64,000 nucleotides of DNA from a virus (taxonomy: Duplodnaviria > Caudoviricetes), in IMG/VR virus record IMGVR_UViG_2565956830_000005, positions 18,930 to 82,929 of that record; one strand, 5' to 3'. The translations under genes were made by a program, and so were the position numbers. The notes below the pieces were generated by a model. That model saw nothing but the letters and a program-made list of their open reading frames with translations. It had not been told where the DNA came from and did not search any database. Positions 1-9,554 of the stretch are shown piece by piece (within the stretch, counting starts at the first letter, position 1; each line of letters begins with the position of its first letter).

Positions 1-1631
1 CAGCCCTCCTGCCCCTCTTCCTCGTCGTGGTTCTTGTTACGGCCGACCAGGTCGTAGCCGGTCAGCCCCGTGCCGGCGGTGATGCCCGGCGCGGGCGCTC
101 CGGCGTCCTTGGCCAACTGCGCGGGCCCCTGGGCGATTTGCCGCGCCTGAGTCTGGTAGGCGTCCTCCGCCGCGCGCGCGGCTGCCGCGTCGGCGGTTCC
201 CGGTGCGGGCACGGTGGCGGGCGCCGCCACGAACGGCTGCGGGAGCGCGGGCTGGTCCTCGGCCGGGCCGAAGGTCTCCGGGTCGATACGTCCGGCGACA
301 CCCTGGATGGACAGCAGCGGGACCGGCCCGAGCCGGGAAGTCGAGTAGAACCGGGGCGTGGGCCGGTGCGGGTCCCCCGGCAAGCCGAGGAGTTTCTCGC
401 GGCCCTCGTCGGGGCTGGCCATACCGGTATCGATGTAGACCTGCCACGCCTGGGCGAGTTCGAGGCGGTCCTCCTGCTCCTGCCCGGTGTCGAACGCGAA
501 CTGCAGGGGCAGCTCGAGGTCGTGGCGCAGAAAGTAGCTGAGGGCGCCCTGGATGTAGGAGATGAGGGGCAGGTCTCCGACGCGGTGCTGGACATCGGCC
601 TGCGTCTCCCCGGAGGACCGGTTGACGGACTCTGTGAATCCAAGGTCGCTCGGCACGATGTGGTACGCCGCGCAGGTCTTCCGCATCAGGAACAGGGAGA
701 AAGCGTCGGAAAACTCTTTCTCGTTCGACCACTCGATCTTCCCGCCGCCCGGCATCCACCGGATCTGGCTCTGGATCGACTGGTCGCCCAGCATGAGGGC
801 GTCCCACTGCACCTGGAACTGATCGATCTGCTCCGGGGTCCAGCCCTCCGGGGCACTCGCGAAGGCACGCGGGATGTTGCCGTCGGTGAACCGCTGAAGG
901 AAGTACTGCTGGAACCTCAAGTCCGTGTTCGCGTTGAGGAGGATGCTCTCCAAGGGCGCGGTGCCGTACGGGGAGCTGGTGCGCGGCCTAAACGGCTCAT
1001 AGATGAGGTCGGAGCGGGTCAGCCAGTTCCACGGCAGACCGTTGACGTACTGGACATAGGCCTCGGCCGGGTCCTCCGGGCTGTTGCCCCAGTAGTCCAG
1101 GAGCGGCGCGATGGTGGTCCCGTCCACGGTCCGCAGCCCGATCGCGCGGCCGCCGCGGTTCCGCAGCCGGTACAGGCAGCCGGCGTCGAACGCCAACACG
1201 TCGTACAACCACTTGGCCAGCCACGTCGCGAACGGCGTCTGCCGGTCCGGCTTCTCGAGAACCTTCATCCCGAGGTCGATCGCCGCCTGCGCGTCCCCCC
1301 TGAATCCGGGCGCGGGGACGAGGGACCACTCCAGCGCACGGATCGAGTCGATCCGGTGCCAGATGCACATCTGCGCCACGTCGTAGGCGTCGACGAGGCC
1401 CTTGAGCGTCTCGAAGCTGACGCGCTCGTGGGACTTCGGGCGGGCGCTGATGTTGTAGCCGGTGACGAAATCATGGGTTCGCGGGGTGCGGGAGTAGCCG
1501 TCGTAGGGGCCGATCGGGGTGCCGGGTGAGAAGGGGCTCGCCGGGGTCATCTGAGCCGCTGCTTCGGCGGCCTGTGTCTCGGCCGGTACGCGGTTGGCGA
1601 AGACCTTGGCGAGGGTGGATCGGAGACCCAT
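1..1631 (-). CDS. Phage portal protein (HK97-like), 3' end runs off the window
   Basis: Absent from the ORF track because it has no stop in the window. Manual translation from ATG 1631 (RBS GGAGG) gives MGLRSTLAKVF...LKGLVDAYDVAQMCIWHRIDSIRALEW...ESILLNANTDLRFQQYFLQRFTDGNIP...CAAYHIVPSDLGFTESVNRSSGETQ. Lies directly downstream of terL. Confidence 0.88.
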   Translation of the reverse strand, partial: MGLRSTLAKVFANRVPAETQAAEAAAQMTPASPFSPGTPIGPYDGYSRTPRTHDFVTGYNISARPKSHERVSFETLKGLVDAYDVAQMCIWHRIDSIRALEWSLVPAPGFRGDAQAAIDLGMKVLEKPDRQTPFATWLAKWLYDVLAFDAGCLYRLRNRGGRAIGLRTVDGTTIAPLLDYWGNSPEDPAEAYVQYVNGLPWNWLTRSDLIYEPFRPRTSSPYGTAPLESILLNANTDLRFQQYFLQRFTDGNIPRAFASAPEGWTPEQIDQFQVQWDALMLGDQSIQSQIRWMPGGGKIEWSNEKEFSDAFSLFLMRKTCAAYHIVPSDLGFTESVNRSSGETQADVQHRVGDLPLISYIQGALSYFLRHDLELPLQFAFDTGQEQEDRLELAQAWQVYIDTGMASPDEGREKLLGLPGDPHRPTPRFYSTSRLGPVPLLSIQGVAGRIDPETFGPAEDQPALPQPFVAAPATVPAPGTADAAAARAAEDAYQTQARQIAQGPAQLAKDAGAPAPGITAGTGLTGYDLVGRNKNHDEEEGQEG

Positions 1632-1644
1632 GTGGCGGAGCCTC

Positions 1645-3321
1645 CTATCTGAGGTTGGTGTGTGCGCGGAAGGCGGCGTTCCGGGCTCGTTGGCGAGCGG
1701 TGGCCGGGTCCTCAGCGGGGGCAGGAGCGGGCTGGGGCGTGGTCGGTTCGTCAGCGGACTCGGTGGCCGCGTCCTGTTCCGGCGCGGCGCTCTGCTCGGC
1801 ATCGGTCTGGGTCTGGGCTTGGACGAGGGCTTCGGCCTTGCGGCGGACGTAGTCGATCCAGGCCTGTGCGCCGGTGCCGTCGAGGAGCATCTGGGAGAGG
1901 GCCTGGCTGGTGGCGTCGACCTGGTCGTCGTGGGCCCCGTTCGGGAATTCCGCGGCCTCGTTGATGAGCTTGTCCGGCTCGAACAGGGCGATCTCCCCCG
2001 TCGGCAGGAAGACGTTGCCGGCCTCAATGAGCGGGGCGACGGCGTTGGCCCGGGCGTACTTGCTCTCGGTCGGGGTGACCTCGACGATGCCGGGGATCTT
2101 CGATTTGAGGGTGTTGATGACGGCGGTGCCGTTGGCCTTGTCCTCGACGTACTTCGCCGTGGCCTGGGGCCAGCGCGCCACCATCGCCTTGAACGCGGTC
2201 AAGGTCTCGGTGAAGGTGAGGCGCTTGCGGATCTGGTCCAGGAGGTAGACGTTCGCGCCGCGCCGCGCCCAGACCTGGCCCACCACGAAGTCCGAGCTCT
2301 TCGTGTCCTTGAAGGCCATGTCCCACGACATGACGAGCCCATCGGACTCCTCGACGCGGTAGGCGCCCGGGACGGTCGGGTGCTGGGACCACAGCGGCAC
2401 GCTGTAGCGGCGCCACCACTGACGTCGCCACACGTCACCGGCGTCGGGCGACGGCCGCCCCTGGTACAAGGCGTTGAAGACTCGCGTACCCGCTGTGATC
2501 CGGATCGCTTCCCACTGCGCAGTGGTGCGGCCCCGGGCCGACTTGAGCCACTCCCCAGGCGACCGGCCGAGTGCGTCGGTCTGTCCCTTTTCGGGGTCGT
2601 GGTCGGCGAGGGCAGGAATGTTGATGACCCGCCAGCGGTGCCCGTCCTCGGCGGCGATAAGACGGCCTGCGAGGTCGTCCTCGTGCCACCGGGTCAGGAT
2701 CACGATCACGGGCGCGCCGCTTGAGAGGCGCGTCGACCCGACGCTCTGCCACCAGCCCCAGACACGGTCGCGGTAGTACGCGCTGTCCGCCTGCTCCTTG
2801 TCGGCGAACGGGTCGTCGATCACGAGTGCGTCGACTCGACGGCCCGTCAGGGAGCCCTTGAGGCCTACACAGATGACGCCGCCGCGGTGGCCGGCGAGCT
2901 GCCAGCGGGACGCGGCGCCGTTGTCCCGCGCGATCCGCAGGCCCAGGTCGAGGCTGCCTTCGTCGCCGTTGTAGGTGGTGACCCAGTTGCGGATGTCCCT
3001 GCCGAATTCCTCGGCCAGCGGTTTGTTGTAGGAGACGATCCCGATCTTCAAGTCGCGGTTGCGGTGCAGAGCCCACAGCGACCCGGTCTTGGTGACGCGC
3101 TGGCTCTTTCCCTCCTGCGGAGGCATCGAGACGATCAACCGGGAGTCGGGCGTGCTGTACGCCCACGCGACTGCCTCGTCGACCAGGTCGAGCGCCAGCG
3201 TCTGCAGCGTGTCCGGCTCGACGGCCTTGGCCAGCGCGCCAGGGGTTGGCCACCGGTCGGCGTCGGGCCGGGGTTCGAATGAGCGGGCTGCGTATTCGGC
3301 CCAGTTGAGTGTGGCGGCCAT
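1645..3321 (-). CDS. terL: Terminase large subunit
   Basis: Walker A-like MPPQEGKS, Walker B LVIDDP, nuclease motifs SWDMAFK and FPNGAHDDQVDA; lies between small subunit and portal. Confidence 0.95.
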   Translation of the reverse strand: MAATLNWAEYAARSFEPRPDADRWPTPGALAKAVEPDTLQTLALDLVDEAVAWAYSTPDSRLIVSMPPQEGKSQRVTKTGSLWALHRNRDLKIGIVSYNKPLAEEFGRDIRNWVTTYNGDEGSLDLGLRIARDNGAASRWQLAGHRGGVICVGLKGSLTGRRVDALVIDDPFADKEQADSAYYRDRVWGWWQSVGSTRLSSGAPVIVILTRWHEDDLAGRLIAAEDGHRWRVINIPALADHDPEKGQTDALGRSPGEWLKSARGRTTAQWEAIRITAGTRVFNALYQGRPSPDAGDVWRRQWWRRYSVPLWSQHPTVPGAYRVEESDGLVMSWDMAFKDTKSSDFVVGQVWARRGANVYLLDQIRKRLTFTETLTAFKAMVARWPQATAKYVEDKANGTAVINTLKSKIPGIVEVTPTESKYARANAVAPLIEAGNVFLPTGEIALFEPDKLINEAAEFPNGAHDDQVDATSQALSQMLLDGTGAQAWIDYVRRKAEALVQAQTQTDAEQSAAPEQDAATESADEPTTPQPAPAPAEDPATARQRARNAAFRAHTNLR

Positions 3322-3341
3322 GGGCAGCCGCCTCCCTCAGC

Positions 3342-4052
3342 TCACGAGGCCAGAGCGCGAAGGTGCCGGGGCACGATCTGCGGGACCCGCTCCTGCTGCT
3401 CGGCAGTGAGCTCCAGGTCGTTGAGGATCGCCCGGATCACCTGAGCCACGAGGGCGCCGTGCTGCTCGGCCATGCGGACCTTGCGCTCCTCGATGCCCGC
3501 GCTGATGGCCGCTGTGCAGACCTTGAGCAGGTGCGCGCGTTCGGCCTGGTAGAGGCGCAGCCAGATGTTCGGGGCTGCTTCCCAGGTGGTTCCGCGGTCC
3601 TCGCCGCCGACCTTCTGGCGTGTGACGCCCCAGACCAGCGAGGACCGGCGGTCGCGGCGCCGGCCGTAAGCCGCGCCCTCCTCGTCGTCCTCATCGTCCT
3701 CGTCGTCGTGATCGTCTGTTTCGGCCTGGTTCTCGATCTGCTGGACGCGGTCGCGCAGATACGCCACGTGGCCCGCGGTCCACTGCACGTCCTCGAGCAG
3801 CGCCTCGGAGGCGGTCGTCTCGATCTTGCACCCGTACATCTGGACCAGCTCGAGGGCCCGTTCCTCGGCCACTCGCCGCTTCCCGGCCTTCAGGTTCTGG
3901 GGTGCCTTCCCTCCGTGGACGCGGCACACCTTCTGGCCCTTGAGGGCCCAGGCACCGCAGCGATCCCCCTTCGCACCGTCGGTGCCCTTCTTGTGGGCGG
4001 TGCAGCGGCGCTTCTCGGTAGGTGTGACGAGGTTCTTCGTGTGGTTGGCCAT
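3342..4052 (-). CDS. Probable terminase small subunit (HGGxSTG-like N-terminal Cys/His motif)
   Basis: RCTAH...RCGAWALKGQKVCRVHGGKAPQ; immediately upstream of terL; ATG 4052 overlaps the upstream stop (TGATG). Confidence 0.7.
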   Translation of the reverse strand: MANHTKNLVTPTEKRRCTAHKKGTDGAKGDRCGAWALKGQKVCRVHGGKAPQNLKAGKRRVAEERALELVQMYGCKIETTASEALLEDVQWTAGHVAYLRDRVQQIENQAETDDHDDEDDEDDEEGAAYGRRRDRRSSLVWGVTRQKVGGEDRGTTWEAAPNIWLRLYQAERAHLLKVCTAAISAGIEERKVRMAEQHGALVAQVIRAILNDLELTAEQQERVPQIVPRHLRALAS

Positions 4053-4540
4053 CACTGGCCACCCGTCACCCAGTGCGCCGGGAGCTCCCAGCCCTGCTCC
4101 TCCTCGGCCGGTGCGACGGGCCGGGGTTCCGGTGTGCAGTCGCAGCCCGGGAGGTCGGCCTCGTTGGGCGCGGTGCAGCAGGAGGCGTGGATGAGGGCGG
4201 CTGCCTCGAGGCTGATGGCGTGGGCGCCGCAGGCGTGGACGATGCGGGTGGTGTCGACGGCGTTGGGCAGCGGGGGGAAAACGGGGGCCGGCTTCTGGAC
4301 GTCGGCGAGTTTCAGCGCCTGCACCCGGCGGTTCGTCTCGGCTCGGAGGATCTCGTCGAGTTCGTCGCACGTCGGCCTGCGCTGCCAGTGCACCTTGGCC
4401 GGGGCCCCGCACGCCGAGCAGCCACGGCCGGCTGGAATCCCGGGAACAGGCATCGGCGCGGTGGTTGCGGCAACCGGGGCGAGGGCGTTCTCGGCGGGGA
4501 CGGGGAAGTGCGCGGGTTCGGGCGGGGTGAGGGGGTCCAC
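4052..4540 (-). CDS. Hypothetical Cys/His-rich protein
   Basis: GTG 4540 with GGAG RBS; CSAC, HACGAH and CDC motifs; coupled to the next gene. Confidence 0.6.
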   Translation of the reverse strand: MDPLTPPEPAHFPVPAENALAPVAATTAPMPVPGIPAGRGCSACGAPAKVHWQRRPTCDELDEILRAETNRRVQALKLADVQKPAPVFPPLPNAVDTTRIVHACGAHAISLEAAALIHASCCTAPNEADLPGCDCTPEPRPVAPAEEEQGWELPAHWVTGGQ

Positions 4541-4556
4541 GCCGGTCTCCGTTCTG

Positions 4557-4877
4557 TCAGGTGACGGTGAGCTGCCCGACCGGGATGACGGGCTGCTCCG
4601 GGCTGTCGGTGACGCGGATGTAGACCGCGTACCTGCCGGGGTCGAGGGTGGGACCACTGCTGGACGGGCCAACGAGGACCTGGGCGCGGTAGGCGGTGGT
4701 GCCGGGGATCGGCTGGCTGCCGTCCCACCCGCCCTCGTACCAGGTCGCCGGGCGTCCGCCGATGGGAGGGAAGGCGAACGCGACGACGTCGCCGGTGGGG
4801 TTGTAGGGCTGGCCCTGGACGGTGACGGTCACCTCGGCGCCGACGTACTCGCGTGACTCCCGCTGGATCGTCTGCAC
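4557..4877 (-). CDS. Hypothetical beta-rich protein, possible virion appendage adaptor
   Basis: 106 aa with GGGAG RBS; GRYAVYIRVTDSPEQPV; last gene of the fibre-like cluster. Confidence 0.6.
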   Translation of the reverse strand: MQTIQRESREYVGAEVTVTVQGQPYNPTGDVVAFAFPPIGGRPATWYEGGWDGSQPIPGTTAYRAQVLVGPSSSGPTLDPGRYAVYIRVTDSPEQPVIPVGQLTVT

Positions 4878-4887
4878 AGGGCGCTCC

Positions 4888-7176
4888 CTACTCGTCGATG
4901 TCCCAGCGGGAGCCCGTCAGCCAGGACCGCCAGCGTGGAGGGCCCTGTCCGGCCTGCCAGCGGCTGTAGGGGCCGGTGGCAGTGATGAACAGGCGGCGGA
5001 GGTTGCCGCGTACCGCCGTGACCGTGCCGGTAAGGCCGGTGAGAGCGTGGAGGACGACCTCGAAGTAGCGGCCCGAGACGATGCCGGCCACGGCCAGGAC
5101 TGCCGCCTGGTGGAGGACGGTGATGCTGCGGCGGACGCCGGGCACCCCGGTGAGGGCCGCAGCCCGGTGGAGGCTGGTGCTCCGGCGGGTGGCAGGCCCT
5201 GCGGTGAGTACGGCCTGGAGCAGGAGCCCCAGCGCGGCCCGCGCGGTCGCCGCCGCGGTGGTCGTTGCCGTGGCCCTCTGCCCGATGACCCGGCGCGCGT
5301 CCGCGGCCGTCGCTCCTACGACGGTGCGGGCGAGGGCTGCACGGCGGCTGGTGGCCGCGCCGAGGGCCAGGGCTGCCTCGAGGACGATGACGATCGCACC
5401 CTGGATGGTGGAGGCAGCGCTCGTGGCTGCTGTGGCTGCCGCGGCCTGGCCGATGAGCCTGCGGGTGGCGGCGGACACGGTGACCGCCACCGTCAAGAGG
5501 GTGTCGAGGCGGCGGCCGGCAGCAGCGGTGCACGCGCTGGTGGCAGCCGCATACAAGTGCGGGATGCGGGTGAGCTGGGCGCTGACGGCAGCCGTCGCGG
5601 CTTGGGCGATCCCGGTGGTGCGTCGTGCCGCGGCGGTTACGGATACGGGAGCCGAGCGCAGCAGACCGGTGGACCGGCTTGTTGCGGGGGCGGCGGTCGC
5701 GGTCCCGCCGATGGCGAGGAGACCGGTGCGGGCCGCCGCTCCCTGGAGTGCCAGCGTGGCCTGGCCGGACAAGGCGGTCGCGCGGGCCGCGGTCCCCGCC
5801 AGTACGGCGGTGGCAGCGACCCGGAGACTTGTGGCCCGGGTGAGGGCGCCGGTGGTGGCCACGCTCGCGGCCAGGATGACGCCCCGGGCGATCTGGCTGA
5901 TCGTTGCCGCCGCGGTGGTGGTGACCACGGCGGCGAGCTGCTGCACGAACGCCTGCCCGCTCTCCATGGTGCTCGTGAGCGCGAGTGTCGCCACCCTCGC
6001 CAGAGCGGTACGCCGCACGGTGCCGCCCGCGGTGGCCGCGTCGGCGGCGATCGGGAGGCCCGCTGTGCGCCGGGTTGTGGTGGTGGTCGTCAGGAGCGCG
6101 GCCAGCATCGTGCCCAGGGTGCGGGCGACGCCTGCTGTCGGGGTCACGGTGGCGGCCTGGGTGGTCGCCAGGTTCCTGCGGCACGCGACTGCGAGCGTCA
6201 CGACCGCGGCCCGGGCCAGGGCCGTCGCGCGGGCGACGCTCGTGGAGACGGTGACGGTCACACCGCGGAGCAGGCGGCCCGTGCGCACCAGGCTGGGGGC
6301 CGCGACGGTGGTGGCGGCCCGGGCGAGGACGGCCGTCGAGGCCCGGCCTGCAGCCGCAACCATGGTCACGGCGCGGGGCAGCCCGACAGCACGGGCCACA
6401 CCGGCGGGGGTTGTGAGAACGGCCTGGAGGGCCAGGGCGACCAGGTGGCCCAGGGTGACGCCACCGGTGAGCGTCACCACGCCGGGGGCAGCAAGAGCGC
6501 CCCGGCGTTGTACGGCCGGTGCGGTGGTGAGGAGGGCCGGGAGGGCGCCGAGTCCGGTGGCGCGGCTCAGGCCGCTGAGGGTGGCGGTGGTGGCCGCGCG
6601 GGCCAGGGCCGCGGCGCGGCCGCAGCGCCCGGTGGTGGATGTGATGGCGGCCAGGACGACGGCCAGCAGACGCCCGGCCGCGGCTGCGGGGGTGACGGTG
6701 GTGGTGCGGGCCAGCAGTGTGGTGCGGCCAGTGGATGCGGCGCAGGAGATGGCCACAGACCGCGTGAGATACGCGGAGCGGGCCGCCCCGGGTGTGGAGG
6801 AGATGGCCGCTGCACGTGCGAGGGAACTGGCGCGGGCTGTCCCCGCGGTCAGGATGGCGGTCGCGGACCTCGTGAGGAAGCCGGTGCGGCCGGCGGCGGC
6901 CGTGGAGGTGGTGGTCGCGGCCCATAGCAGGCCCGTCGTGCGGCGGCTGCTGCCGGTGAGCGAAACGATCGCAGCGAGTACGGCGAGGACGATCAGCCGC
7001 GCGGACGCCGCGGTGCAGGTGAGCGTTGCCGTCCGGCCGAGCCCCGCGAGGCGCCCGGTCCCGGCGTTCAGGGCTGCCGTTGCGCCGGCGCTGATGTTGT
7101 AGACGGCAGGGCCCGTGGCCCGGACGGGCGGGATGGTGATCGGGGCGTGCGGCCTGCCGCGCCCGAAGCGTGACAT
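4888..7176 (-). CDS. 762-aa Ala/Thr/Arg/Leu-rich protein with about 18-residue repeats
   Basis: Fits operon spacing (4877/4888, 7176/7180); visible period RxxxLxRxAxxxxxxxxx. Confidence 0.75.
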   Translation of the reverse strand: MSRFGRGRPHAPITIPPVRATGPAVYNISAGATAALNAGTGRLAGLGRTATLTCTAASARLIVLAVLAAIVSLTGSSRRTTGLLWAATTTSTAAAGRTGFLTRSATAILTAGTARASSLARAAAISSTPGAARSAYLTRSVAISCAASTGRTTLLARTTTVTPAAAAGRLLAVVLAAITSTTGRCGRAAALARAATTATLSGLSRATGLGALPALLTTAPAVQRRGALAAPGVVTLTGGVTLGHLVALALQAVLTTPAGVARAVGLPRAVTMVAAAGRASTAVLARAATTVAAPSLVRTGRLLRGVTVTVSTSVARATALARAAVVTLAVACRRNLATTQAATVTPTAGVARTLGTMLAALLTTTTTTRRTAGLPIAADAATAGGTVRRTALARVATLALTSTMESGQAFVQQLAAVVTTTAAATISQIARGVILAASVATTGALTRATSLRVAATAVLAGTAARATALSGQATLALQGAAARTGLLAIGGTATAAPATSRSTGLLRSAPVSVTAAARRTTGIAQAATAAVSAQLTRIPHLYAAATSACTAAAGRRLDTLLTVAVTVSAATRRLIGQAAAATAATSAASTIQGAIVIVLEAALALGAATSRRAALARTVVGATAADARRVIGQRATATTTAAATARAALGLLLQAVLTAGPATRRSTSLHRAAALTGVPGVRRSITVLHQAAVLAVAGIVSGRYFEVVLHALTGLTGTVTAVRGNLRRLFITATGPYSRWQAGQGPPRWRSWLTGSRWDIDE

Positions 7177-7179
7177 CGG

Positions 7180-7644
7180 CTACTCCGTGAATCCCATGTA
7201 GGCGACGCAGCCGGGGGTGACGCTGGCGGCGGTGGTGTAGCGCAGGCCGAGACGGGCGCCGGAGGTGATGGCGCCGACTTCCCGGTCCAGGACCTCCTGC
7301 AGGGCCAGCAGGCCGCCGAACGGGGAGACCATCCAGGAGCGGAGGATCGTCACCGACGTCGGCTCGGTGCTGAGTGCGGTCAGCGCTGTCGCCGTCGCCG
7401 CGGGAGTGCTGTCGTCGGTGAGCTTGGCGGGCGTGGCGCTGGATCCGGCCGGCGATCCGAGGGTGGCGACGCGGTACAGGTCGATCTGGACACCCGTCAG
7501 TGCGGAGGACCCGTCGAAGCTGACCCCGAGTTCCGTCAGCCTGAGTCCGGGTGTGCCCGGGGCGAGGAGGATGAGGGACTTCGTCGCCGACGCCGTCAGC
7601 GTGATCTTCGCCGTGGTGACGGTGTAGGCGTAGTTACCCGGCAC
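7180..7644 (-). CDS. Hypothetical beta-sandwich protein, putative virion component
   Basis: 154 aa, AGGAG RBS, Thr/Ser/Ala-rich beta pattern. Confidence 0.7.
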   Translation of the reverse strand: MPGNYAYTVTTAKITLTASATKSLILLAPGTPGLRLTELGVSFDGSSALTGVQIDLYRVATLGSPAGSSATPAKLTDDSTPAATATALTALSTEPTSVTILRSWMVSPFGGLLALQEVLDREVGAITSGARLGLRYTTAASVTPGCVAYMGFTE

Positions 7645-7653
7645 GGGTGTCTC

Positions 7654-8883
7654 CTATCTCAGGGCAGCGCGCGCCACGGCCTGGCGCAGGAACGTCAGGT
7701 GCGGCGGTGCCGCGGGCACGTATTCGACGAGGAGCCACAGGGTGCTGACGCGGCGGGTCGTGGACTGGGAGATATCGCCGCGGTAACCGATCTGCGCGGT
7801 GTCCAGGAGCCCCGGTGTCCAGGAGCCTCCGGCCTGCGGGTCGGTGTAGGAGGTCAGCTGGTAGGGCCGGATGGCGTTGTTGACGTGCGTGCACCAGCCG
7901 TTGAGCGCGACGGTCACCGACGCCGACTCCACCACGGTGCCCGACGCCTGGGACTTGAGGCGGTAGACGATGCTCGCGGCTGTCGTCGCGGTGCTGCCGA
8001 CGCGACCGCCGACTGCGACCAGGGCGATCGCGTCCGCGGCGCCGATACCGGCCGAGGCAGAGGACGCCAAGTTGAGATCGTCGGTGGTCGTCGTGCCGGT
8101 GGCCGTGGTGGCGTTGTACGAGGTCGCGTCATCGGGGGTGACCTCGTTGACACGGGTGAAGTTGTTCGCGACGCCTGCGGTACCGCCGACGACGGTTGCC
8201 CAGGCGTTGGCGTCGCCGGCGGAGTCCGGTTTCATGTGGACGACGTTGCCCGCCCCGGGGAGGCTGTTCTGGGCGGTGCCGGTGCTGTCGTTGACGGCGA
8301 TGTCGTCGATGTACAGGTCACAGGTGGTGGACCCGGCAACGACGTCGGTGAACGCGCCCACGCGGATGGCAGAGGTCTGGAACCCGGTGAAGCCCGCTCC
8401 GGCCACGGCACCGGAGAAGTCGGTGCCGTCGAGGTAGACGTGCTGGATGTCGGTGGACGGGTCGTAGTCCAGCTCCACCCGGTACCACTGCCCGGTGCTC
8501 AGCGTCGCCGAGGAGCCGCCGACGTAGGTATGGGTGGTACCGGACCCGGTGGAACTGCGCAGGGTGCCGTTGGTCTGCAGGAACAGGCGCGGCGTGCGGC
8601 CCGGGGAGCCCAGGCCGTCGCAGTTCGCCATGATGATCGTGTCGACGTTCGGCATCGTCGCCACGTACAGGTACATGCGGACGAAGATGTGGGTGGAGGC
8701 CGAGGTCGACGCGTACTCGTGGCCGACGTACTGGACGGTGGCCGACGGGTTGAAGCGCATCGACGCCCCGCCGGCACGCTTGATGCTGGTGGAGATCGTC
8801 GGCGCGCTCGTCGATACCTCGGAGACCTCGACTCCGCCGGTGGCTGATTGCAGTTCGAAGCCGCATGTCCACAATCGCGCCAC
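7654..8883 (-). CDS. Putative receptor-binding or minor virion protein with ConA/LamG-like jelly-roll domain
   Basis: HIFVRMYLYV...LSTGQWYRVELDY...VYLDG...DLYIDDIAVND pattern typical of lectin-like domains; GGAGG RBS. Confidence 0.7.
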   Translation of the reverse strand: MARLWTCGFELQSATGGVEVSEVSTSAPTISTSIKRAGGASMRFNPSATVQYVGHEYASTSASTHIFVRMYLYVATMPNVDTIIMANCDGLGSPGRTPRLFLQTNGTLRSSTGSGTTHTYVGGSSATLSTGQWYRVELDYDPSTDIQHVYLDGTDFSGAVAGAGFTGFQTSAIRVGAFTDVVAGSTTCDLYIDDIAVNDSTGTAQNSLPGAGNVVHMKPDSAGDANAWATVVGGTAGVANNFTRVNEVTPDDATSYNATTATGTTTTDDLNLASSASAGIGAADAIALVAVGGRVGSTATTAASIVYRLKSQASGTVVESASVTVALNGWCTHVNNAIRPYQLTSYTDPQAGGSWTPGLLDTAQIGYRGDISQSTTRRVSTLWLLVEYVPAAPPHLTFLRQAVARAALR

Positions 8884-8909
8884 GAGGACCCTCCGGTCAG
8901 GTCAGGAGG

Positions 8910-9554
8910 TCAGGAGAACTTCGTGGTGAGCGTGTAAGAGACCTGGTCGCCGGTGGACAGGTTCTGCGCGCCGTGGTCGGCCTTGAAGAACACGGTGCCG
9001 TTGGTGACGTTGGAGACGCCGGGGATGTTGCCGCCGGTCACGACGTCGTTCAGCGCGATCGTGGAGATCGCCGTGGACCCGTTCTGCGCCCGGGTCACGG
9101 TCAGGGTGTTCGTCGAGATCGCGGTGATCTTCAGGACCTCGGTGCGGATCTGGATGTACTGGTTGACCGAGAAACTCGCGCCGCTGGCGACGATCAGGTT
9201 CGTCGACGAGTTCGACCCGATCACGCCCGACGACGTCTGGACCGCGTCCACAGCGGTCGGCTTCGACGAGGTGTCCGAGAGCGCGACCTCGGCGATCGAC
9301 TGTGTCGACCCGGACGTGAACGTGCCCGTGACCTGGTAGGTGTCGGACGGCGTGGTCGTGGTGACGATCGACGACGTCCCCGCCACCCGGGACTCGCTCG
9401 CCTCCTTGAACGGGGCGACGTCGGTGGCCGCCGCGGTGAGGCCGGCCGGGTTGTTGCCCCAGGCCAGGTTCAGCGGCTCCGCCTGCGTGGGCGACGAGCC
9501 ACGCATACGGCCCGCGATGACCTCGCGGCCCTTGGATGTGATGACGGCTCCCAT
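8910..9554 (-). CDS. Putative fibre/collar structural subunit
   Basis: ATG 9554 with GAAGGAGG RBS; VITSKGREVIA...LAWG...AAATDVA..KE resembles tail-collar fibre N-termini; inserted EVLKITAISTNTLTVTRAQNGSTA motif common in phage tail proteins. Confidence 0.65.
   Translation of the reverse strand: MGAVITSKGREVIAGRMRGSSPTQAEPLNLAWGNNPAGLTAAATDVAPFKEASESRVAGTSSIVTTTTPSDTYQVTGTFTSGSTQSIAEVALSDTSSKPTAVDAVQTSSGVIGSNSSTNLIVASGASFSVNQYIQIRTEVLKITAISTNTLTVTRAQNGSTAISTIALNDVVTGGNIPGVSNVTNGTVFFKADHGAQNLSTGDQVSYTLTTKFS

Noticed and set aside
27-1529. 500-aa plus-strand ORF and similar long plus-strand ORFs (1594-2724, 24275-26311, 30016-31464, 31461-33203, 39945-41300)
   Set aside because: Antisense shadows of motif-bearing minus-strand genes; high GC3 suppresses stops on the opposite strand.
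4822-7102. Three additional ORFs of about 700 aa overlapping the repeat protein
   Set aside because: By-product of extreme GC and Ala/Thr/Arg codons; only 4888-7176 fits the operon spacing.
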